From a virus (Duplodnaviria; Caudoviricetes), in the IMG/VR virus record IMGVR_UViG_3300017649_000007, positions 1 through 41,507 of that record: 41,507 nucleotides of DNA, one strand, 5' to 3'. The notes under the pieces were generated by a model. The model had not been told where the DNA came from and ran no database searches. It saw only the letters and a list, made by a program, of their open reading frames with translations. This document shows positions 30,001 to 37,602 of the stretch, piece after piece (position 1 is the first letter of the stretch; each line of letters starts with the position of its first letter). The position numbers were made by a program, and so were the translations under genes.

Positions 30001-30194
30001 TGCTGCACTTCGTTGGACGTGCTGGTTCCGTGTCGAGCTGGACAGTACCGGCAGGCTACACGAAACACGAAGAGAGCCAATGTCTGTTCGCAACCAAGGA
30101 TGTCACCACATCAGACGGGTCCCTCACCGCAGTAACAAACTCGGTGGGCCAAACCCGTTTCGCCGCTGCGACTGTCGAGATCATTGCCCACTGA
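27030..30194 (+). CDS. Repeat-containing minor tail/fibre protein
   Basis: About 10 (A)PG..LELTPG.A repeats plus three clear copies and one divergent copy of a TIP.H..GD.....GGTVP.W...TGTWTNA domain. Confidence 0.8.
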   Translation: MSWWVEQGLDPAGVVLELIPGQGDFTITGNVHLQAPGVQLELTPGRAGLTQTVSPAGVVLELSPGTAEVEVTSFVAIEAAGVDLELTPGTADVELTQNVYLDAPAAELELTAGRGHLELAVQAAEAALELICGTAEVEVVNVAPPEILYISRRGTSYGNTTGNAINASPDLPDDIQAGDRVIAFIHSTNLFGTNMPPSGWSQLDELEDVAGQSGYRMSVAYRDYDGVWTKPTWVIAAGGSDNSAVIYQVVLRRKEGEAADWAKPTYTSMGLDNSLNTSFNVSSPEPFTTHQNGRILVASQCEDPGLNITGATKGGVDLELVATGQTGTTTGTDIGAAMSTFKDPNPGTGTMAVTGTHTLSHRGAAMFFEQKALRHVEQYVEYIDGATANSTSVTIPSHEEGDLLVLFVYRSNTTAATKPTAGGTVPDWQVADTSSGSSASLIVAYAFAESSSTTTGTWTNATTMAVCVLRGADAENPIGSLSTFGENQGIRTRLPGITVEDDTGRSMIINFTCRTNSSTEVVGAAPQEWVTQESGSRCFVLTKRNTLECPQTYVNFGATGSFANNNYRTVTLELKGVPAGPPRINLDAQPCHITLEPGTAEVFVTDHKMLAPVGASLELVPGLAAVSIEQPGATYIDAPGASIELTPGTAEVDILSPNVVLVGTNEATGNSITIPTHQAGDTIVIFAFEDFGATLPTMPSAGGTVPQWNPIEAKPGTFCAMHVAWCIATDGSTTSGTWTNADKMQVAVLRNANPANPIGGHDIVEVNTGSYIDMPSITLEVDDGSSQILYVPIRAGACTWDTTPSGYTLHEQTTTNPAGAILTKDDTTTDGSLRWNTNLTSGLGQAIGATIEVRKDPTPVKLIDSVYAASTSATIPAHKAGDIIVVWAYRSGSSTPPTKPSASGTVPNWIDIDSAGGEFPASNSCRTAYCVATTSNTTTGTWTNASHLIVAVLRCQGGAVIGGHDVWFDNHATETVAPAVSMTQTDGTSALLHFVGRAGSVSSWTVPAGYTKHEESQCLFATKDVTTSDGSLTAVTNSVGQTRFAAATVEIIAH

Positions 30195-30233
30195 ACCTGA
30201 TGCAAATGCATCACCTACCAAAGGAGAACAATC

Positions 30234-30677
30234 ATGACCGCTGGACCGTGGACTCCCACCAACGCCACGCTCACCAAGATCCTGAATGGCACCTTCGACT
30301 GGGACAGTGACACTTTCAAGGTGGCACTGCTGCTGTCCACGTCAAACATCAGCACCAGCTCGACGGCGTTCTCGGGTGTATCCAACGAGCATTCGAACGG
30401 GAACGGCTACACAACTGGCGGCGAGACTGTCGCGTTCACCCTGACCGGGACGACCAGTGTCACAGTGCATTTCACGTCCAACCCAGAATGGGAGGCTGAC
30501 GGCGGCGACATCGTGGCCCGCTATGCCTGCATCTATGAGGACGGCGGCGACGTGGCGTTCTTCATGGAGCTGGACGACTCGCCAGCCGACGTGACAGTGA
30601 CGGACGGAAACCTTCTGGTGCTTCGCAATTCGACCGGCGACGCCAGCCCCGTCTTCACCCTGTCGGTTGCTTCGTAA
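30234..30677 (+). CDS. Small tail-fibre-associated protein
   Basis: AAGGAG RBS; NGTFDWDSDTFKVALL and NGYTTGG motifs. Confidence 0.75.
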   Translation: MTAGPWTPTNATLTKILNGTFDWDSDTFKVALLLSTSNISTSSTAFSGVSNEHSNGNGYTTGGETVAFTLTGTTSVTVHFTSNPEWEADGGDIVARYACIYEDGGDVAFFMELDDSPADVTVTDGNLLVLRNSTGDASPVFTLSVAS

Positions 30678-30686
30678 GGGGTAGCA

Positions 30687-31676
30687 ATGGGTTTCAGGAC
30701 GATCAACGGGCGTGCCTACTCTGAGAACGGCTGGCGGTTCTGTGACGCCAACGAGTGCGACACGGGCGTGGTGCCGGGAACCACTCTGCGGCTGCCTATT
30801 CGGCGTGGCATCGCTAACATCATCCTCAAAGGTTGGTGCGCCTACTTCCACCGTCACATCGAGTCGCTGAACAACCATCGCGGCTTCACCGACGAAGGCG
30901 CTTGGACCGCAACAAACTCCGTGTCGACGTCGAACCACCTCGCGGGCACAGCTGTCGACCTGAACTGGGATTCGCACCCGGTGAACGTGTCGCGGTACCA
31001 AGGGTTCTCAGCGAGCGAGATCAACGCCGTGCGCCACGGCCAGGATCTCTTTGAGGGAACGATCTTCTGGGGTGCCGACTGGAACTCCCCGTTGGACCCC
31101 ATGCACTTCCAGCTCCGCTACCCGGAGGGGGATGCGCGCAACGCAGCCTTCGCCACGAAGCTGTCGAACGGCTACCTGGGGATCTGGACTGACGGTGCGC
31201 CAGCGATACCTGAACCTGTCGATGGGCCGCGTCTGCTTCAGCGTGGCGTGTCGGGCGACGATGTCGCACGGTTGCAGGACGGTCTCAACAAGGTGTTCAA
31301 TAGCTACGGCAAGCCGCTCGACGTGGACGGCGACTTTGGCCCGCTGACTGAGGCTGTCGTCAAAGAGTTCCAGCTCCGGTCGGGCCTGCTCGTGGACGGG
31401 ATCGTTGGTCCCGCAACGCGTGCCGAGCTGCTGAAGTACGGGATCAACCCGGAGGGTGGCGCTGCGCCGAAGCCACCGGCCCAGCCTGCGCCACCCAAGG
31501 CGAAGTCGTTCCCCAAGGACTACAGCGACCGCGAGCTTCTGGAATATGTAGCCGCCCAGCTTGGTCCGAAGCAAGCGGCATGGCCCGAGTCAAGCTCGTT
31601 GGGCCGCAACGATAAAGGCGAAGAACTCACCTTGCGTGACGGGCTCGCCGAGCTGAAGCGCAAGATCGAGGGATAG
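30687..31676 (+). CDS. lysA: Lysin A (M15-type Zn peptidase plus peptidoglycan-binding domain)
   Basis: SENGW N-terminus, SNHLAGTAVD and DPMHF; PG-binding repeats DGDFGPLT and DGIVGPAT. Confidence 0.92.
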   Translation: MGFRTINGRAYSENGWRFCDANECDTGVVPGTTLRLPIRRGIANIILKGWCAYFHRHIESLNNHRGFTDEGAWTATNSVSTSNHLAGTAVDLNWDSHPVNVSRYQGFSASEINAVRHGQDLFEGTIFWGADWNSPLDPMHFQLRYPEGDARNAAFATKLSNGYLGIWTDGAPAIPEPVDGPRLLQRGVSGDDVARLQDGLNKVFNSYGKPLDVDGDFGPLTEAVVKEFQLRSGLLVDGIVGPATRAELLKYGINPEGGAAPKPPAQPAPPKAKSFPKDYSDRELLEYVAAQLGPKQAAWPESSSLGRNDKGEELTLRDGLAELKRKIEG

Positions 31677-31688
31677 GGGGCCGACCAA

Positions 31689-32786
31689 ATGGCACTCCGC
31701 GTGGGTTCGCAAGGGCCACTTGTTAATTCGTACATTCGAACGATGAACGCTCGTTTCGCGTCGTACTCGAAAGCAGCAGACGGTGGTCCGCTGAAGCTCG
31801 ACGGGTATTTCGGACTGGATGACCGTGCCGTCCACAATGAGTGGCAGCGGCGCATGAAGCGGCCAGTGCGAACCACCGGAGACATCGTCACCGACGAAGA
31901 GCTGGCGATACTGGGTCTCGCCGTGAGCCCGCCGTCGAGAGACGAAGGCGCACGACGCTACCCGTTGCAGGGTGTCGGGTACAACACCAACGCATTCCTC
32001 GCGCCAGACCCGACCCACTCGTATGTCGAGATGGTCAACGAGGGCGCAACAGAGGCAATGCGTCTGGCGCAGCCGATCATCGGCAACAAGATCCTCATCG
32101 GGTACTCGGGCGGCGCTGACGCCATGACCGAGTTCCTGTGGCGCTGGCCCGAGAGCCGCCGCCACGAGATCCGCTGCGTGATCGGGATTGGCGACCCCTC
32201 GCGGCGTCCTGGGCCGACGCTGCTGGGGGACAACCCGCCTGGGCAGGGGATCGCGGGGCGCTGGGCACCAGAATGGGTTTGGCCCCGCTACTACAACTTC
32301 TGCCTGCCGGGTGACATGTACTGTTGCGCTCCGGTGCCGAGCTTGCAGCCGGTGTTCTATCAGGTACTCACAAGGGCGGAACTGTCTTTCGACTTCGCCG
32401 TGTACCTGTTCAATTTCTTCACCAGTGAGCTGGGGCAGATCTTGCTGGGAGCCAGAAAGTCTGACATGCCCGGTGCCGGTGTGCTGAGCGGAATCGCTGG
32501 CCTGGTAATGCCGTCCGGTCTCGTTCAGGCACCGATGGTTCTGTTCGGCCTGCTGCCGACGCTGATCAACTCACTGGTGTCCCTGATCAAGTTCCTTGCG
32601 ACCAACGATCATGGGAGGTATCACGAACCGAACCCGGCGTGGGGCGGCAGCGCCATCGACCGCGCCGTGCGGGTCGTGACCGAGAACGTGTCGAGCGGCC
32701 TTGTGTTCCTGTTCCCCGGCACCTGGGGACGTTGGGACATCGGCTACCCCTTCGACATTGGCATCCGTTTGTACGAGATGAGGTAG
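31689..32786 (+). CDS. lysB: Lysin B (cutinase-like mycolyl-arabinogalactan esterase), apparently circularly permuted
   Basis: N-terminal LRVGS.G...DGYFG domain; GYSGGA nucleophile elbow; GDPSR, GDMY and DHGRY motifs. Confidence 0.88.
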   Translation: MALRVGSQGPLVNSYIRTMNARFASYSKAADGGPLKLDGYFGLDDRAVHNEWQRRMKRPVRTTGDIVTDEELAILGLAVSPPSRDEGARRYPLQGVGYNTNAFLAPDPTHSYVEMVNEGATEAMRLAQPIIGNKILIGYSGGADAMTEFLWRWPESRRHEIRCVIGIGDPSRRPGPTLLGDNPPGQGIAGRWAPEWVWPRYYNFCLPGDMYCCAPVPSLQPVFYQVLTRAELSFDFAVYLFNFFTSELGQILLGARKSDMPGAGVLSGIAGLVMPSGLVQAPMVLFGLLPTLINSLVSLIKFLATNDHGRYHEPNPAWGGSAIDRAVRVVTENVSSGLVFLFPGTWGRWDIGYPFDIGIRLYEMR

Positions 32787-32790
32787 AGAG

Positions 32791-33033
32791 ATGAAGTTGT
32801 CACCGGATAACCTTGCGCGGCTGCGCATGTGGGCCTACGGCGTCTCAGTTGCCGTGGTCGGCCTGCTGATCGGGTATGAACGGATCGCCCCTGACAAGGC
32901 CCCGCTCTGGCTCGCCCTGATCAGCGCCGTGTTCCTGATGACGACGGGAACCACTGCGGCATACAACGTCTACCATCAGCGCAAGGCTGGCATGTTCGAC
33001 GGTGAGCCGCCCAACGAAAGCGGTCTGCCGTGA
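32791..33033 (+). CDS. Holin
   Basis: Two TM helices and an R.WAYGV motif; follows the lysins. Confidence 0.8.
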   Translation: MKLSPDNLARLRMWAYGVSVAVVGLLIGYERIAPDKAPLWLALISAVFLMTTGTTAAYNVYHQRKAGMFDGEPPNESGLP

Positions 33034-33377
33034 GCCCGCTCGAAGTGATCGGCCTGGCGCTTGGTTCGGGTGGCGTCGGGTCGATCCTCACGGCGGCGAT
33101 CCAGATGCGGCTGAACCACAGCGCGGTTCAGGTCGACCAGTTCAACGCGATAGTCGATGCGCAGAACAAGCGGATCGATGAGCTGCACAGACAGATTGGT
33201 GAGCTGAAGGCGAACCTGCACGGCGAGATGCGCGAGCACAACGAGACCAAGCGGCGCTATCGGATCACCTTGCGGTACATCAGAGATCTTCGGGACTGGC
33301 TCAACTCCAGCGGGGTTGCCCATCTGGCGAACACTGCGGTGCCAGGCATTCCGAGCGAGGTACAGGATGACCTATGA
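33030..33377 (+). CDS. Membrane-anchored coiled-coil protein of the lysis cassette
   Basis: N-terminal hydrophobic helix followed by a heptad pattern. Confidence 0.7.
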   Translation: MSPLEVIGLALGSGGVGSILTAAIQMRLNHSAVQVDQFNAIVDAQNKRIDELHRQIGELKANLHGEMREHNETKRRYRITLRYIRDLRDWLNSSGVAHLANTAVPGIPSEVQDDL

Positions 33378-33739
33378 AGCCAGCGGATGTGTTCTGGGTG
33401 AGCGTGCCGGTCGTGGCGATTGCCCACAACGTCTGGGCGGCACGGACGGGTCGTGAGCAACTGTCGCAGGCGATGGATCGCTATCGAGCTGCCAGCCCTG
33501 TGGCCGAGCTGGCCGTGATGGCTACTGCGGCGCATCTGTGTCGTCGCCTGCCAGCGTTTCTCGACCCGTGGGCATGGTTGTACGGGATGACGACGAAAGT
33601 CAGCCACAGCGGGCGTGGGGCGCTGGGAATCGTGCTCCTAGCCGCGCTGGGCGGGCTGGGTGCCAGTGTGTGGCTGGCACGCCAGCTTGAAGACACCTCA
33701 ATCGATCTTGGTCCAAGGGAGGCAGTTCCAACTGACTAG
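33374..33739 (+). CDS. Membrane protein
   Basis: Hydrophobic segments; EQLS.A.DRY...AAHL...DP motif; ATGA coupling. Confidence 0.65.
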   Translation: MKPADVFWVSVPVVAIAHNVWAARTGREQLSQAMDRYRAASPVAELAVMATAAHLCRRLPAFLDPWAWLYGMTTKVSHSGRGALGIVLLAALGGLGASVWLARQLEDTSIDLGPREAVPTD

Positions 33740-34087
33740 ATACTCACCCTCGTGCAGGGCGACTACGGCACTCTCGCCGTAGTCGGCCCTGCCTGAGTCG
33801 ACCAGGGTCTCAGCAAGATCGGAGATCGACTCGGAGTAGGGGACGCCATCGTGGATCTGCCACGTGCAAAAGCGTCCCCGCATAAGAGTGGAACCCTGTG
33901 TCTCCCAAAGGCCCTCACTCTCGGCGTCTACGTGATAGTAGACGCCATTTTTTGTGTCTATAGTCGGGTTCGCTTGCGCCACAACGGGAACGGCCAGCGC
34001 AGTCGCAGCCGCTGTGACACCGGCAACAGCCAGGCGATGCGGATGCATCACCTGAAATGCTTTCAGTATCTCGTTCCGTACGCTCAT
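33698..34087 (-). CDS. Putative secreted protein (start ATG 34087 or 34048)
   Basis: Signal peptide RLAVAGVTAAATALAVPVVAQA; G.W.T.G...C.W...C.PW pattern resembling small actinobacterial secreted proteins. Confidence 0.65.
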   Translation of the reverse strand: MSVRNEILKAFQVMHPHRLAVAGVTAAATALAVPVVAQANPTIDTKNGVYYHVDAESEGLWETQGSTLMRGRFCTWQIHDGVPYSESISDLAETLVDSGRADYGESAVVALHEGEYLVSWNCLPWTKID

Positions 34088-34253
34088 GTGATGCAGGCTA
34101 CACCTGTTTCCGCAGCTCAGCCAGTTGACCGGGATCACGCGGGAATCTGCGAACGCAGGTTTCCCAGTTCTGTAGCAAATGTCGGCAAGCTTCTGACGTG
34201 CAAGGTGCGAGCCAGAGCAAATGCTGAAAAGGCGTGCATGTCCCCCACACTTT

Positions 34254-34262
34254 TGATATTCT
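34254..34262 (+). promoter_or_regulatory. Candidate extended -10 promoter driving the leader and cassette array
   Basis: TGATATTCT fits TGnTAnnnT; a stable hairpin begins 6-8 nt downstream, where a start site would fall. Confidence 0.45.
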
Positions 34263-34267
34263 GTGAT

Positions 34268-34606
34268 GTTCGGTTCAGCGATGAGCCGACGGGCGACCAG
34301 CCGCTCCCACGAGCGAGAACCCGCCCCCAGCACTTTGACAACTACACAGAGACGAAAGCAGAGGGTGAGAGTATCGCGCCCGCAATGCGATTCACGCCGA
34401 TGAGGCTGTAGGTGGGTGTTCATCTGAGGCTCACGCCACCGGGATCGCAAGCGCGAGAGTGTAACCCGCTGTAGTAGTTGAGAATGTGTCTCCTTTCCAA
34501 TCTTTCTCCAATTGCCCCCCAAAGGGCAGGGTTGCCAACGGGTTCCGATCCGTTGGCTTCCCCGTGTTTTGGGAGTCAAAGCACCACTTCAAGATTGGAG
34601 ATCACA
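34268..34606 (+). ncRNA. Candidate long structured leader or small RNA
   Basis: GCGA-tetraloop hairpin 34270-34289; CGGG..CGCTC/GAGCG..CCCG domain; long-range pairing 34339-34349 with 34469-34480; hairpins 34514-34528, 34529-34562 (UCCG loop) and 34564-34584; ends in AAGATTGGAGA. Confidence 0.55.
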
Positions 34607-34846
34607 ATGGCAGCAATTGTCAGCAAGCGAATCCGCGCGGGCCTCTACGAGGTCACGACCGACACGGGTCGTACGTTCACCGTCGAGCAGATCCGCACCG
34701 ACACACCCGGCTACGGCGTCGAGCGGCGCTGGTGGGTCAACCCGTCCGACGACGGACCCCACCCCGTGTTCGACCCGTTCGCCACCAAGGGTGATGCACT
34801 CGATGCCATTACGTTGATGTTCAGCTCTGACAAAAGCTGGATGTGA
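34607..34846 (+). CDS. Hypothetical protein (cassette 1)
   Basis: ATG follows AAGATTGGAGA; 79 aa. Confidence 0.75.
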   Translation: MAAIVSKRIRAGLYEVTTDTGRTFTVEQIRTDTPGYGVERRWWVNPSDDGPHPVFDPFATKGDALDAITLMFSSDKSWM

Positions 34847-34851
34847 CGTTC

Positions 34852-34931
34852 TGAGTGCGACTCAGCCACACAGACTTCCGAGCCTGTGTGTGCTGCTGGT
34901 GTACTCAGCACCACCACAACAAGATTGGAGA
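34852..34931 (+). repeat. Structured intergenic element A1
   Basis: TGAGTG..CAGCCACACAG/CTGTGTGTGCTG..GGTG-TACTCAG-CACC..CAACAAGATTGGAGA; 34848-34931 is identical to 36286-36369. Confidence 0.95.
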
Positions 34932-34936
34932 GAACA

Positions 34937-35212
34937 ATGAAGGTTTGCGCACACGAGAACCTGGGGCCGTTCCAGAACGTCCACTTTCGCGCCGACTCGA
35001 TCAAGCAAGCGGTCGAACGGTTCCGGGAGGATCTGGAAGGCGTCTACGGCACGCTGGAAGGCATCACCGAGCGCACCGGGGAGGATCATGCCCCGGCGCT
35101 GGGTGTGTACCCGCAATGCCCAGATTGCGACTCCCAGATGAACTTCCACGACTACCCACTGGGTCTGTACCGGGTGGGGCCGCGTGGAGGCATACAGCGC
35201 ATGTTCGGATGA
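34937..35212 (+). CDS. Hypothetical protein (cassette 2)
   Basis: ATG after element RBS; its stop is the first codon of element B1; CPDC motif. Confidence 0.75.
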   Translation: MKVCAHENLGPFQNVHFRADSIKQAVERFREDLEGVYGTLEGITERTGEDHAPALGVYPQCPDCDSQMNFHDYPLGLYRVGPRGGIQRMFG

Positions 35213-35295
35213 ATCAACGGCAGGCACACAGTCTTTCCGGGGCCTGTGTGTCTGTAGATGGATTCAACCATCAACCCTCACAACAAGATTGGAGA
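35210..35295 (+). repeat. Structured intergenic element B1
   Basis: TGAATC..GCAGGCACACAG/CTGTGTGTCTGT..GATGG-ATTCAA-CCATC..CAACAAGATTGGAGA. Confidence 0.93.
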
Positions 35296-35300
35296 CGACA

Positions 35301-35591
35301 ATGTCTGACTCGAAGAATCCCTACATCCTCCGTGCCGACGAGGTGAAGCCGGGTGAGATCGTGGTCGACAAGCACGGGAGCCTTTGGGTTCTCGATGAAT
35401 TGGGCGAGCGCCCGCAGTGGCGCTACATCGTCCCCGAGGATTCGACCCGCGAACCGGGTTACTCGTGGGACGGGTTCGACGCCCTGCCAGAGGCTTACGA
35501 GCCGTACACAGTGCTCGATGAGGGCGCGTGCGCCGTCATCGGCAAGTGGCTCGTAGCCGAGGCTCGTCGCCGCAAGGTTTACGTTGTCTGA
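35301..35591 (+). CDS. Hypothetical protein (cassette 3)
   Basis: ATG after element RBS; its stop begins element B2. Confidence 0.75.
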   Translation: MSDSKNPYILRADEVKPGEIVVDKHGSLWVLDELGERPQWRYIVPEDSTREPGYSWDGFDALPEAYEPYTVLDEGACAVIGKWLVAEARRRKVYVV

Positions 35592-35674
35592 ATCAACGGC
35601 AGGCACACAGTTCTTTCGGGGCCTGTGTGTCTGTAGATGGATTCAGCCATCAACCCACACAACGAGATTGGAGA
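35589..35674 (+). repeat. Structured intergenic element B2
   Basis: Near-copy of B1; tail reads CAACGAGATTGGAGA. Confidence 0.93.
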
Positions 35675-35679
35675 CAAAC

Positions 35680-35961
35680 ATGTACGTTGAGACCCGCACC
35701 GACGCATCCGAGGTTTTGGAAACCGTTCTGCGCGAACTGATTCACATGATCATCCGTTTGCGTAACACGGTCCACACCAAGCGGAACATCAGCTCCTACG
35801 TCACCAATCCGCAACTGCGGCAGATGGCGAACGAGCTGCGCGGAGCCTACGTGCTGGCTTGCCGGGTGGCCGGAGATCCCGACCGCATCCCGCTCGAGGT
35901 TCATGAACAGTACGGCGAAGCCGTGCGAGCGGCCCAAGAGTTGGTTGGCAAGCTCGCTTGA
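35680..35961 (+). CDS. Hypothetical helical protein (cassette 4)
   Basis: ATG after element RBS; its stop begins element A2. Confidence 0.75.
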   Translation: MYVETRTDASEVLETVLRELIHMIIRLRNTVHTKRNISSYVTNPQLRQMANELRGAYVLACRVAGDPDRIPLEVHEQYGEAVRAAQELVGKLA

Positions 35962-36041
35962 GTGTGACTCAGCCACACAGACTCCCGAGAGCCTGTGTGT
36001 GCTGCTGGTGTACTCAAGCACCACCGCAACAAGATTGGAGA
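35959..36041 (+). repeat. Structured intergenic element A2
   Basis: A-family copy with +2 and +1 nt insertions in the two loop regions. Confidence 0.95.
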
Positions 36042-36046
36042 CGACA

Positions 36047-36292
36047 ATGGCTAAAGCAGATCGCCGCGTCAGCGTGACCGACCTCAAGACCTGCAAGCGT
36101 TGTGGCGTGGGCAGTCTCTCTTGGGAGACCTCGCGCCGCAACGGCAAGCCCTATCTGTGCATTGTTCGACGCACACGGGAAGGCTTGTACGCCATGCCCT
36201 ATCAGCCTCACAAGTGCCATCCCGACGACGTTGCCCGCATGGACGCTGCGCGCGCCCAGGACGAAGCCAACGGGATTCACTTCGAGTTCTGA
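36047..36292 (+). CDS. Small putative Zn-binding protein (cassette 5)
   Basis: CKRC...H.C motif; its stop begins element A3. Confidence 0.75.
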   Translation: MAKADRRVSVTDLKTCKRCGVGSLSWETSRRNGKPYLCIVRRTREGLYAMPYQPHKCHPDDVARMDAARAQDEANGIHFEF

Positions 36293-36369
36293 GTGCGACT
36301 CAGCCACACAGACTTCCGAGCCTGTGTGTGCTGCTGGTGTACTCAGCACCACCACAACAAGATTGGAGA
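36290..36369 (+). repeat. Structured intergenic element A3
   Basis: Identical to A1. Confidence 0.95.
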
Positions 36370-36374
36370 CGACG

Positions 36375-36890
36375 ATGACCACCTACTATGTCCCCGCCGA
36401 TCACACCGCCACCGAGTGGCGAGAGATGGCGAAGGATTGCTACCGCCGCGAGCAGGAATCGTTCGAGCGGAGCGACACAGATGGTTTCCTGTCCCAGTGG
36501 GCCGCAAACCAATTCGCTAAGATGTACGAGCGGATGGCAGAGCTGGCCGCAAACGGGGGCCGTGCGAACCTGCATTGGCTCTACGAGCGGGACAACGAGA
36601 CCGGCGAGTGGGTGCCCGTCGAGAACTGGCGCTGGGTTGAAACGCGTTACGGCATGAGCGTTCTCGTGGTTCGTGAAAGCCGCGAGAACGTGTTTTTCAA
36701 CCCGTCCGAGGCTCGCAAGGCTTCGACGCGTCAGCGCAACGACGAGCGCAAAGGCTTCCGCTGGGGCACAGTGGAAACCGAGGTCGTCTGCCGCTTCGGC
36801 GGCGGCGCGTACAACATGATCGTCACCGAGCGGAAGCGCAACGCTCCGCTGACGGTCGTTTCAACCGCTCATTACAGCGATTGGGACTGA
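36375..36890 (+). CDS. Hypothetical protein (cassette 6)
   Basis: ATG after element RBS; 171 aa; its stop begins element A4. Confidence 0.8.
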   Translation: MTTYYVPADHTATEWREMAKDCYRREQESFERSDTDGFLSQWAANQFAKMYERMAELAANGGRANLHWLYERDNETGEWVPVENWRWVETRYGMSVLVVRESRENVFFNPSEARKASTRQRNDERKGFRWGTVETEVVCRFGGGAYNMIVTERKRNAPLTVVSTAHYSDWD

Positions 36891-36964
36891 GTGTGACTCA
36901 GCCACACAGGCTTTCGAGCCTGTGTGTGCTGCTGGTGTACTCAGCACCGCAACAAGATTGGAGA
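36888..36964 (+). repeat. Structured intergenic element A4
   Basis: Perfect CACACAGGCT-TTCG-AGCCTGTGTG stem. Confidence 0.95.
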
Positions 36965-36969
36965 CGACA

Positions 36970-37140
36970 ATGACCAAGATCACGACCGTTGCTGCCCGCT
37001 CGATCCGCGTGGGCACCGTGTTCGCCGATGGCGCTACCGTCATGGAGCGCCACACGGCAGAGGGCCTGCTCAAGTTCGTCTGTGATGACGGGCGCGAGAT
37101 GACCTATCGCTCCAGCGACCGTGTGAAAGTCACGTACTGA
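36970..37140 (+). CDS. Small hypothetical protein (cassette 7)
   Basis: 56 aa filling exactly the space between two elements. Confidence 0.75.
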   Translation: MTKITTVAARSIRVGTVFADGATVMERHTAEGLLKFVCDDGREMTYRSSDRVKVTY

Positions 37141-37214
37141 GTGTGACTCAGCCACACAGACTTCCGAGCCTGTGTGTGCTGCTGGTGTACTCAGCACCGC
37201 AACAAGATTGGAGA
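37138..37214 (+). repeat. Structured intergenic element A5
   Basis: A-family copy that starts at the upstream stop codon. Confidence 0.95.
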
Positions 37215-37220
37215 CGACAA

Positions 37221-37508
37221 ATGATCAAGTTCGTTCACATCAAGGGCGACGACGCCTACCGCGCCATCGGTGCCCAGCACATTTACTGGGCGCAGAGGGA
37301 TGGGAAGCGTTGGCAGGTAAGCGTTCATAACCGGGTCGACTTCCGTGAGCTGACGCTCACAGCGCCGGGACAAGCGCTCGACACTGAGTGGTTCGACCGT
37401 CTGAGTGAGTGCAAAACCTATGCGCAGCACTACGAGGCCAACGTTGACCACGAGAGCCGTCGCTACCTGAACCGCTCAACGCGAGCCGTGCTCGCCACGA
37501 TGGAATGA
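37221..37508 (+). CDS. Hypothetical protein (cassette 8)
   Basis: ATG after element RBS. Confidence 0.75.
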   Translation: MIKFVHIKGDDAYRAIGAQHIYWAQRDGKRWQVSVHNRVDFRELTLTAPGQALDTEWFDRLSECKTYAQHYEANVDHESRRYLNRSTRAVLATME

Positions 37509-37517
37509 AGGCACCTC

Positions 37518-37597
37518 TGAGTGTGACTCAGCCACACAGACTTCCGAGCCTGTGTGTGCTGCTGGTGTACTCAGCACCGCCACAACAAGATTGGAGA
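37518..37597 (+). repeat. Structured intergenic element A6
   Basis: A-family copy. Confidence 0.95.
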
Positions 37598-37602
37598 CAA
37601 CA

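Noticed and set aside
27030-30194. Diversity-generating retroelement repeats in the tail fibre
   Set aside because: The repeats are in-frame protein domain duplications without adenine-specific differences, and no reverse transcriptase is present.
168-32165. Many long minus-strand ORFs (e.g. 168..1280, 5345..6748, 15268..16368)
   Set aside because: Shadow ORFs opposite well-supported genes in GC-rich DNA, with no recognisable motifs.
34335-34340. TTGACA -35 promoter box
   Set aside because: No TAnnnT hexamer at 16-19 bp spacing; it overlaps a predicted RNA helix instead.
34349-34410. Permuted hammerhead (CGAAA...CCGATGAG) in the leader
   Set aside because: The core deviates from CUGAUGA, and no stem III/NUH cleavage site can be formed.
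33698-34579. Full 293-aa minus-strand ORF
   Set aside because: Only the C-terminal ~130 aa look protein-like (signal peptide onward); the rest is antisense to the structured leader.
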